Source of the DNA: Antedon mediterranea
Taxonomy: Eukaryota > Animalia > Echinodermata
Direction: 5' to 3'
Length of the DNA stretch: 64,000 bases
NCBI RefSeq assembly: GCF_964355755.1
Contig: NC_092671.1
Location: forward strand, 40,806,304 to 40,870,303
The position numbers were made by a program, and so were the translations under genes. The notes under the pieces are model-generated. The model searched no databases, was not told where the DNA came from, and saw only the letters and a list, made by a program, of their open reading frames with translations. This document shows, in pieces, positions 13,873-24,102 of this stretch. Within the stretch, counting starts at the first letter, position 1. Every line of letters starts with the position of its first letter.

Positions 13873-14450
13873 GATTTGATTTGATTTGAATTTATTCGAA
13901 TTTATTCGGAAGTACACAAATATACATTACAATTGGTAAACAAGAACAATTAAAACATACGGTAGTCTTCCATGGATAACCCAAAAAAGCCGGTAAATAT
14001 CATTCCAGCTTATTTCCATTGGGGTCCATTATATACATACATACAAACAATAAAATATTAAACCAGTAAAACAATAAAACATAGCATATAAAAGCATACT
14101 GTATAAAATTGATTATTAAAATAATATTTCATGTCATTCTTTAAAATCTTACAGTAAGTTAAAATTTATTTATTCATGAGACGTTGCTAAATATTCCTTG
14201 TTAAAAATGGTTTTTAAAATGTGTGGTAATAGGTTCCATTGTTGTGCTGCTGTGTAGAAGAATGTGTCTTTGATATAATTATGTGTCTGATTTAGACAGG
14301 TAGAATGTATGAGAGCTTCTTCTTGTGATATTTTGGATGGCGGATGTCTTGGAGAAGTGTGTGTACATGTATGGAATGGCTTGGTTGTTGAATATTTTGT
14401 GAACATGGTTTAGTTTTAATTGTTTAACCCGACTTTCATATTAAGTCGCA
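13873..14450 (-). mobile_element. 3' fragment of a CR1/L2-group (Crack-like) LINE
   Basis: Degenerate ORF2 C-terminus TFFYTAAQQWNLLPHILKTI; 3' UTR ending AATAAA + (TCAAA)n on the minus strand at ~13873-13900. Confidence 0.6.
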
Positions 14451-15410
14451 CTACTTAACCCAAAATCGTCTCACCTTGTAACCGGCCGTAGTCTCACTTT
14501 TATAATAAAGACACTGCGATAAAAAGTAGGCCTACAATAAATAAGGCAGTGTTACAAGTTGTTTAATTTATTACAGATCAGTTTGCGACAACTAAATTGT
14601 GACACAGGTATTACAAAGTGCGAAGGGACATCTTTACACAAGGATTATTGGCATTCATTTTACGATTACTTTTAATTTATTCCTAATAGACCTACACGGC
14701 GTTGATTTTAAACTGTTCCTTTACATCTTTTGTTTTTTATACTAGAGGCAACCAATCCAACACGTTGATATCATTTATACATTGTTCGTCAATTCTGGAA
14801 GTTGTTTAAAATAATATCATACAACAGTTGACAGTCATTGAAGCAAAATGTCTGCATTGTTCTACCACCCTACGACTTTAACGCCAAGAGGGCTCAAATC
14901 ATATTAACGTGCTCTGAATGTATCAATGAATTATTCTTATCAGCCGTAGGATACGTCTATACAATTATTTTTATAGCAATTTCACTTGTATTTTTTCCCA
15001 GTATGCATGACTTCTGTTTCGGGCAATGTGACAGAGAGATGTTTCATTTACAAAGAAAACATTTCCTTAGGATAATAGGCAACAACCGATTTTATTGTGG
15101 TGTAAATTGGTAGCCGCCTACTACCATGTAACTAATGCCTATAGTATTACATATTATTAAACGCGGTTGATTCCCATCACTCATTAAAAAGTAAAATTTT
15201 CACTTGGAACTAAAAAGCAGTTAGAACTTAATTGTAGGCCGCAAGTAATGACAAACTACAAGAAAAGCAATAAGAATTTGTTTTATAACGGTGCATCTTT
15301 ATGTGTAAATATATTCTATAAAGAGGTTTGTTGCCTTTTTCTAGTAGTAAAGTAAGCATATACACCTTTAGCACTTTTGAAAATTAAATGTGTCTTGTAC
15401 ATTTTAATTA

Positions 15411-16266
15411 GTTGTTTGATGTACATACACAGCAAAACAACATGTAGTACTGTCAGAAGTTAACAATTAAAAAAACAAAAACACATCAAGATTGAAGTTG
15501 AGCAATACAGTCAGCAGTGGTTCGTACTACCTGTTGTTTGATGTGCATACACAGCAAAACAACATGTAGTACTGTCAGAAGTTAACAATTAAAAAAACAA
15601 AAACACATCAAGATTGAAGTTGAGCAATACAGTCAGCAGTGGTTCGTACTACCTGTTGTTTGATGTGCATACACAGCAAAACAACATGTAGTACTGTCAG
15701 AAGTTAACAATTAAAAAAACAAAAACACATCAAGATTGAAGTTGAGCAATACAGTCAGCAGTGGTTCGTACTACCTGTTGTTTGATGTGCATACACAGCA
15801 AAACAACATGTAGTACTGTCAGAAGTTAACAATTAAAAAAAAACAAAAACACATCAAGATTGAAGTTGAGCAATACAGTCAGCAGTGGTTCGTACTACCT
15901 GTTGTTTGATGTGCATACACAGCAAAACAACATGTAGTACTGTCAGAAGTTAACAATTAAAAAAACAAAAACACATCAAGATTGAAGTTGAGCAATACAG
16001 TCAGCAGTGGTTCGTACTACCTGTTGTTTGATGTGCATACACAGCAAAACAACATGTAGTACTGTCAGAAGTTAACAATTAAAAAAAAACAAAAACACAT
16101 CAAGATTGAAGTTGAGCAATACAGTCAGCAGTGGTTCGTACTACCTGTTGTTTGATGTGCATACACAGCAAAACAACATGTAGTACTGTCAGAAGTTAAC
16201 AATTAAAAAAAAACAAAAACACATCAAGATTGAAGTTGAGCAATACAGTCAGCAGTGGTTCGTACA
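15411..16266. repeat. Tandem array (122-124 bp x7) containing the last ~14 codons and stop codon of the ZNF gene
   Basis: Stop codon (tca on + strand) copies at 15486, 15608, 15730, 15854, 15976, 16100, 16224. Confidence 0.95.
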
Positions 16267-18386
16267 AGTTGCATAGCATCATTATTTATAGTAACTTGTA
16301 CATTTTCAGTTAACATTGGTATTATTGATATAATCTGATCTAAAGTAGTTTGTTCAGTAGTGGCAACATGCATTCTATCAGATGTTCCATGAATTTTACT
16401 GAAATGCTTTCTTAATGTTGTACTTTGAGAAAACTTCTTTGGACACAAAGAACAAGCAAATGGTTTCTCTTTGGTGTGAACAACTTGGTGGCGTTTTAGA
16501 TCAGAAGGTGTTTTAAATCGTTGTGAACACAAATGACATGAGTAAGGTCGTTCACCTGTATGTGTCCGTTCATGGTACTCCAGTGCATTCAACCATGTGA
16601 ATGTTTTCCCACAATGATTGCATACGTAAGGTTTTATGTTCAAGTGTTTATTCATGTGTAATTTTAATGTGTGTTTTTGAGTAAATGTTGCACCACAAGT
16701 TTCACATAGAAAACCTTTTGGATGGTTGGAGACATGTTTAGTGCGATCATGTGAATGTTGCAATGTCATATGCCGTTTCACAATGGATTCATAAAGAAAC
16801 GTTTTATTGCAAATGTTACATTTTGGAAGATTGCTTTGTTCAGTATTATGACGAAGTTTGATATGATCTCGCAAAGATCGTTCCCTTCGAAAAACACTGT
16901 TGCATTCAGTACATTTTAAATCAATTTCCTTAATTTGTTTAGATTTTATCATAGTTTCGTCTTTGGATGCTCTTTTTCGTTTTTGTTTAATTTCTTCTTG
17001 TTGATTTTGTATAGCCTCAGTAACTTCTTCTTTACTTATCATGCCAAACTCAACTTTAGGACTCACAATTGGAAATGTTTTTTTAACTCCTGGTAAGGTT
17101 GACTCGTGTGTAATTAGGTCTGTACAATTTATTCCATCCTTTAGAATTTCAGAATGAACATTCTGTATGTGACTCAAAACATTATTATGCTTTGAAAAAT
17201 ACATCCAACATTCTTTACAGCCAAACATTGTCACATCCTCAGATTTTACCTTCAATTCACATACATTATTCCCATTATATGTTTTATTTGAAACTGTTTC
17301 ATCCTGCAAAACATGACCTCCATTTGTTTCACTGTCCCTGGAAGAGTTCTTCATATTTTGGAAATTACTTGAATATAAAAGTTTGTCTTGCTTAGTGTTT
17401 GGTTCATGACTACCAACTACTTGCAATGTATCAGCAGCAGTAGACGACACAACATTCTCTGCTAAATCAAGCATGCAAACTTGCGTTCCTCTTGATGTTT
17501 GAGTTTCCATTCTATTCAATGCTGTTCTGTATAAAAAAAGTATACATCAGTGATATTTATAACATACCTTACCGGTGACAGCGTTTTATTTAATGCTTTT
17601 GTCTCTCCTCGGCTTCGTGTCTTCTATGTTTTGTAATTGTTATTTCATGTTTATTGCCGAAATGAATAAAAAAAAAAAAAAAAAATACAGTATGGTGACC
17701 TTAGTATACCTTTAAGCCTTTATGCATTTTTTATACAGTAATAATATAATATATTTTGATACAATCAATACAGTATGTCTACTTTATATAAAGAATGATT
17801 TCATAGTCATAGTCATATATACTTTATTGTCCATTTAAAAAACAGAAATGTGATTTGAAAACTGGCAAAATACAAAAATATAAAATACAATTTACAAAAA
17901 CACACACAAAAAGTTAAGAGGCTAAAAATTGTTAAAATTAGATACAAATTATTATTTTTTAATTATATTATATGATTTATTATTATATTGCACTAACGAT
18001 GATTTAAAGTTTATATAAAAGCATTAAAAATACATGCGTGAGCTATATATTTCCTGAAAAATGTCTGTTTTGATACTAAATTTGTTGACATATACATTTT
18101 TTGGTTTATGAATATACCAGATAGGATCTAGATTTTTTTTAAGGAGACAATTTCCAGTTGCTATATTGATTGGAGTTCCTTCACTGTACATTTCATCATC
18201 TATTTACCTTGAATAATAAAAGCCATCTTCCTCCTCTGCCAATAGTTTTCTAATGTACTCTTCATCAGACAACTGACCTGATTTCAATTTCGCTTTTTGA
18301 AAGAGATCAAACGTTTTGGCTGAACCCAAATGTATTGTATATGATGGCATGATGTTGGAATGATGTTCTGTTGTTACATTCCACAT
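16224..18386 (-). CDS. C2H2 zinc-finger protein, ~493 aa, 7 fingers; coding exons 18386-18208 and 17526-16224
   Basis: Seven C-x2-C...H-x3/4-H fingers with TGERPY/TKEKPF linkers; phase-2 GT-AG intron (AG|GTAAAT at 18208/18207, TACAG| at 17527) joins the two ORFs in frame; exon 2 acceptor at 18431; probable non-coding exon 1 donor (GTAAGT) at 18765. Confidence 0.9.
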
Positions 18387-18399
18387 TTCTTTTTGAAAA

Positions 18400-18795
18400 C
18401 AACTAGGTTAGGCCTAGGAAGTAGAGGTCCCTATAATAAAAAAAATTAAAGAAACAACAGAGTTATTCATTGCTTAGGTTACTAAACACTAGCCTAGGCC
18501 TAGGCTGGCTTGTCCTACTATCTAGGCCTACTTGGCCTACCTCTAGGCTCTCTCTCTCTGATTTATCATTGAATTATTCATTATTGCGAGTTTATACAGT
18601 AATAATAAGAAAGGCCTAATGAAATAGGGCCTATAATAATTAGCCTAGGCCTAGTAGAGAAGGCCTTCTTCTATTTAGGCTAGAGGCAAAGAAAGTTTTT
18701 AAAAAAGAACTAATTTAAGCCAAGCTAGGCCTAGGCCTAATCCCTAGGCCATACACTCCACTTACGATTACACAGTATAGCACTCCTAGCTAGAG
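18400..18795. other. TAGGCCTA/CTAG-rich low-complexity tract in ZNF first intron/5' region
   Basis: Dense aggcct, cctagg, gctagc motifs, absent at this density from most of the window. Confidence 0.8.
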
Positions 18796-20242
18796 TCTCT
18801 TTGTTGGTGGCGCACAAGACGATCTGCTGCATGCAGAGGCACTATAATATGGCTCTGATCCAAAGATCTTATATACTAAAGATAGGACACTCTCGGAATT
18901 TTACGTGCGATTTATGTAACACACATGGAGCTCATTTTATAGGGCGCCCTCTCGCTCAAACGAGTAGATTTATGGATCAGATATGTCTACTGTATTGTAA
19001 CTGAATACTCAATTTTTTTCATCACAATAATTGCGGTAATGTGCGATTAAATTATAATAAATTATTTCCTGTACTTTGTATATCTCTATTTGTTTTAATT
19101 ACTGAATATTGTTGTTATTATTGAATGTTTATCATCATCCTCAAAATCATCATCTAGGAGTAATCATCACTCACATCACTACTACTTATTTATGCGAGTC
19201 GGTCCCTCTGGTATTAACAACACTAAGCGCATCGTATTCCGTTTTTGTTCTTGATATGTTCTTCCTTTTCATCCAGCAGCAAAACAGTACAGATTAGGAA
19301 AATATAGTAGTCAAATAGTGTGTTATAAACAATTAAAAAAGAACAAGAAGTCACTTTTTGAAAATCACTACTTCGACTATTATTTTTATTGCAGTAATTT
19401 TTAGGAATATATTTATAAACAATCATAGGCTTAAGCCTACAGTCATGACATGAAACAGATTATGATAGTCAATTCTGAGACAATTCATACTAGGACTACT
19501 GCATTATGTACCCATCATTCGCCATGACATTCATTTGTTATTATAATTTATTTAAAACCTGAGATAGCAATTAGTTATGTTATAGTAGTCTCAGTTTAAA
19601 ATTAACTCAATAACTATTGCAAAATGATGCACGGGCCACCCAGAGGAAATATAAAAAATGTAGAAACATTGAAATAAAATCATCATATTTACAATTATTC
19701 AATCATCATGATACCAGACCGTCGTAATGATCATCATTTCTAGCCGATAATGCACAGACCGAGGCGCGTACAGACCTCCTACAACTTTATGGCATACCTC
19801 ATAAATGTGATACTTTAATTAATTTTTCACTCTTCTTCTTATCACTGATTATGTCTCTGTTAAAGAATTTAACAGCATAGAATATGCGTAGGTTTACGTA
19901 CGTTTCAATTAGCAATGTTTCAATATTGCTGGTGAACAAACATTCAACTTCGTGTTAGGGACTAGTTGCTTTGGGTCTTCCAGTTTTCGATTGGTTTCTC
20001 GCATCGCACTGTTACAGATATCGCAATTGTGCTTTACACTTGCTTTCTTGACGACGTAACCGGCTACATATACTAAAGTATTTAGTCAGTGGTGGCATCG
20101 TTGTCTTCTTGATCGGCAACATGATGCGATGATGATGATGATGATTGGGCCATCATTATTGCATCAATTCCATCTAGCTGTCGATCAGTGTATTCTAGGC
20201 AATTCGAATTCCCTGACGGAATTAACATCCTGTTGCACATAA

Positions 20243-20929
20243 TGTAATATAACGATATACTTTTATATTTAAGAAATCGACCTTTGTATCGGAATTCAAA
20301 TAAGTTCACAAACTTGACCCAGAAAGTCCAGAGGAGAGTTTGTCCAGATGTTTTAATGACCATTTAGTTTATAATAGAATCCCTAAAGAAAACACTTAGC
20401 TTAATTTTGTGACTTTTCCCATCGTTAAACCAGGAGTGATTGACACTATTTAAGTACAGATTTGACAGTGTCATCCATCACAGAAATACCTTATTATACC
20501 GTTAATCACTCCCACTTAAACACCCCTGGACCAACTTAGGACCAATCATTAGCTCCATAAATGATGTAATGACATTATGCAAATGAACTGAGCCAATATA
20601 CCCCCAAGTTTCAGAAGAGCCCAGACACACCTCACAGCCACTTCTTCAGAAGAACATCTACACCTCACAGCCACTTCTTCAGAAGAACATCTACACCTCA
20701 CAGCCACTTCTTCAGAAGAACATCTACACCTTACAGCCACTTCTTCAGAAGCAGACCTACACACTTCACACCTCAACGACAGCATCAATCATTGACCCTC
20801 CGTTCCTTATCTATACTTATAGTTGTATATTGTACTGAAGTATTATACTGAATAAACAATATATGTGTTACGACAGTCAAGCGAGTCAGAGTCTTCATTA
20901 GTACCTCAACAACGCAACATTATATTACA
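20243..20929 (+). mobile_element. Solo LTR (Gypsy-like, 4-bp TSD) inserted into the P transposase
   Basis: TGTAATATAA...TTATATTACA inverted ends, ATAA duplicated both sides, AATAAA near 20850, internal 30-bp tandem repeat 20626-20770; removal restores the frame LKEV|MCNRML. Confidence 0.8.
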
Positions 20930-21411
20930 ATAACTTCCTTCAGGGAGGCTCTAAATTCATCTGCCATCGGGTAATGGCGATTACCCCCTCTCCCTCTGAC
21001 AATAGAAAATAAGTTCTCAAGGCAATCTTGATTTAGTCTGCCTGTGAGTATAAACTTAAAGGCGTGATTGTTGATTAATCAGTATTTGAGATTCTTCGAA
21101 ATAAATATTGCACAAGCGGCAATTAAGATGTAAATAGGAACTTGGTTTCCTTCTCAAATCCGCGCGTCGTGTGTTCTGGGCCCATTTTGCACACCTGTAA
21201 ATTAATAATTGTCTGGTGAGTTTTTGCTTTATCATAATTAACGGTTACGTAATTATAGGACGTCTGCGTGCATGCTAATTGATTTTCAAATTGGTTAGGG
21301 CCTAAAGTCAAATACTTAAGCCTAACCTAAATCCACTAACTAACTAACGGTTGAATTTCATAAATATTAAGTATAAGATTCAATTAAAAATTGTTTGTTA
21401 GGGCTACTCAA

Positions 21412-21950
21412 CGGATAAGTAATATAACCAGGGAACAATAAAAATAGTGTAATTTCACTGTTATTATAACTAATGTCCTAGCCTAATAATGATAATAATA
21501 ATCATTCCATGCGTTAATATACTGTAATGTACGTAACGGCTAGTTAAATTAAACAAAATAAAATAACCATGAGACAGAAAGCAAATATTAACCATGAGAC
21601 GGAAAGCATGAAATAATCAAGATCACAATTTGTTTATATTAAGTATTATTATTATTATTATTTGTATAATGTAAAAAGAGGGACTAGGCCTAGGCCTACA
21701 GCGACATGCCAATTGGGCTTCTTGTAGTCTTTCGACCAACAAATTTTTACTTATATGCCAACAATTGTAATGATATAATATTTGGTCAATAAATGTTTCT
21801 TGAATTGAAAGTTTTAAAAGTTGTTTAAGGTACTAAATTTTAAAGGATAAAGTAATATAACCAGGGAACAGTGAAGAAATTAGTGTAAGTTCACTGTTAT
21901 ATAATTAATGTACTAGTAGTAGCCTAATAATGATAATAATAATCATTTCA
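21412..21950. repeat. Diverged ~95-bp direct duplication in the P-element intron
   Basis: ggataagtaatataaccagggaaca...gcctaataatgataataataatcatt at ~21412-21507 and ~21845-21948. Confidence 0.75.
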
Positions 21951-22341
21951 TACCTACGTTTAAATAATAATTATTAATAATAGGCCTACTAGCCTAGTTT
22001 ATTAATATAGGCCTATGTATAAATTGAATACACAGTAAAGTAAGGTTAGTCCCTACATAGCATAGGCCTATGTTAAGATGTAGGCTACTTATTTAATTAC
22101 ATAAATTTACCTGTTCTTGTCTTTGGGAAAATTGTAAAACTTAAGTTCTGGGTTGGCCTTTGAATTGCTTTTACAATTAATTGCAGCACAGTATATCCCT
22201 CCATTTTTTCTCTTTTCATTCATTGTTTCTTAACCATACAAACTTTTGCGCGACTCCTCAATCCCTTATCATACCAATGTCGAGAAAATCCGACAACCGA
22301 AAACGTCATCCATACTGCGATCGTCACGCAAAAGTTCGTTA

Positions 22342-22751
22342 AGCCCGGCGCACACTAGAGCTTTCGGCTGAGCCAACTGGCACGAGTGTAACACTTGGCT
22401 CAGTAACAAATTTGCCGCAAACTATGTTCGCGTTCTATCGGACGCACACTAAACGCCTTCAGTACGCGATTTTCTGATTGGATAATTACTCACTACGCTA
22501 TACAGCACGCGCTGAAATATCATAATAAATCAGAACATGTCATGCGCAGTGGAATTTTTTAGTGAGCAGGAAGCTCACGTTCGGCGCACACTTGAGGAAA
22601 ATGGCACGCGTGCCAAAAAATATTAAACACGATGAATATTTTCCTCAGCGGCACGCGTGGCCGATTCCTCACGAAATCCCCGGCGCACACTGTGAGGCAA
22701 GTGTTACTCGTGCCAGTTGGCTCAGCCGAAAGCTCTAGTGTGCGCCGGGCT
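22342..22751. mobile_element. PIF/Harbinger-type MITE nested in the P-element 5' subterminal region
   Basis: ~60-bp TIRs agcccggcgcacactagagctttcggctgagccaactggcacgagt.. ; 3-bp TTA TSD (22339-22341, 22752-22754); internal repeats of cgcacact. Confidence 0.85.
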
Positions 22752-23004
22752 TTACTCGTTTAAGCGAGGGGGCGCACTATAATTTGACGCTTCTAAAGTG
22801 TTACGCGTAAACGCGGGAAGTGTCACATCTTTTATTTATAATAAGATCTTTGCTCTGATCGAAGGAGTGAGAGAGGGCAGTATAGGAGGGAGACGAGGTG
22901 ATATGGAACGCCGGTGTAACACTCTCGAACTTGTTCATCTCTCTCTCTATAAAAATGCAATTTTTCGACGGCTGTATTTTAAGTCTAGCCTAGTCTATAT
23001 CACA

Positions 23005-23018
23005 AATTCCTTAGCAAC
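23005..23018 (+). promoter_or_regulatory. Possible RFX X-box near the inferred DNAH1 transcription start
   Basis: aattccttagcaac: good TAGCAAC half-site, imperfect left half; ciliary genes are typically RFX targets. Confidence 0.35.
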
Positions 23019-23059
23019 ACGGTACATACATACGACATTTATAAATAACATTTCACAAC

Positions 23060-23740
23060 TACTAGGCCTAGGCCCTAGGCCTAAACTGTATACTAAAAAA
23101 ACATTTAGAAAAAGAATAAGACAAGAATAGGCAAGTTATGTTTCATATTTTTTAGGACCCTAACCTAGCGCAGCTAGGCCTAGGCTAAAGCTAGGCCCAG
23201 CCTAGCTAGGCTAGCTAGCTAGGTAGGCGGGACTAGGTTCTAGGCCTAGGCCTAGGCCTAGAAGGAGTCAGACATTGTCATTAGATAGTAGGCCTAGCCT
23301 AGTTATTAGTAGGCCTAGAGGCCCAGCCAGGCCTCTACTCTAGGCTAGGCCTAGCTAGACCAGGCTAGTTTAGTTAGCTAGGGCCAGGCCCCTAGTAGGC
23401 CTAGTTTGGCTAGGGTTAGGCTAGTAGAAGTAGTAGTTGCGTATCATCTTTAAGTCTAGGGCTAGGCTAGACAGACCTACCTATAAAAATAGGGCCTACT
23501 AGGCCTAGGCTAGTAATAATAGTATAGGCTAGGCTAGGCCTAGACTTGACAACTATTTTTGGCTAGAAATGGAATCTAGGCCTAATACTAAATAGGCACT
23601 AGGCCTAGGCTAGGCCTAGCCTAAACTATTTCCATCAAACATTAAGTTAAGTCAGGAGTTAAGTTTAAGTTCTCACACAAAAAGGGCCTATTTTATATTA
23701 TAAGTAGGCTTAGCACAGGCGTAGGACTTAGGCCTAGAAG
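23060..23740. other. TAGGCCTA/CTAG-rich tract in the inferred DNAH1 first (5' UTR) intron
   Basis: Dozens of taggcc/cctagg/gctagc motifs over ~700 bp. Confidence 0.85.
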
Positions 23741-23874
23741 TGCGTAAGGTGTATCTGATTGGTTGGTTGCAGCCGCCATGCTTGTTGGTTCCCTCTCCAT
23801 GAAGAATCACTTTTTGAACTTCAATAACATTGGTTATAAAAGTATAAAATCTTTGGGCAGAACACTAGTTGAAT

Positions 23875-24071
23875 TTAGTTACTACGTACGATACTACAGT
23901 ATTGGTAATGTATATTTTAGTTACTACGATACTACAGTATTGGTAATGTATATTTTAGTTACTACGATACTACAGTATTGGTAATGTATATTTTAGTTAC
24001 TACGATACTACAGTATTGGTAATGTATATTTTAGTTACTACAATACTACAGTATTGGTAATGTATATTTTT
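23875..24071. repeat. Tandem repeat 38 bp x5 just upstream of the first coding-exon acceptor
   Basis: tactacagtattggtaatgtatattttagttactacga; attggtaatg at 23901, 23939, 23977, 24015, 24053. Confidence 0.95.
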
Positions 24072-24102
24072 ATTGAAACAAAAATAGGTGATTACAAAAG
24101 CA

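Larger units (their letters stand above)
19799..22223 (-). pseudogene. P-element transposase remnant (THAP domain fused to C-terminal part; central catalytic region deleted)
   Basis: Exon 1 22223-22111 MNEKRKNGGIYCAAINCKSNSKANPELKFYNFPKDKNR; exon 2 from 21194 CAKWAQNTRRADL..CRLCNIYFEESQ (THAP); then FILTGRLNQDCLENLFSIVRGRGG..P..EFR (21060-20930), SGNSNC, LVYVAGYVVKK..CDIC and LRIFYAVK..KLIKVSHL* (stop 19799-19801) with frameshifts. Confidence 0.88.
18861..22852 (-). mobile_element. Internally deleted P-element (THAP9-type DNA transposon)
   Basis: TIRs CAAAGATCTTAT.. (18861) / ..ATAAGATCTTTG (22852); 8-bp TSD ctctgatc (18853-18860, 22853-22860); subterminal inverted motif atagggcgccctctcgctcaaacgagta / tactcgtttaagcgagggggcgcactat; THAP and transposase remnants inside. 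Confidence 0.92.

Noticed and set aside
20549-20788. ORF with (EEVAVRCRCSS)n
   Set aside because: Translation of a 30-bp tandem repeat inside the solo LTR
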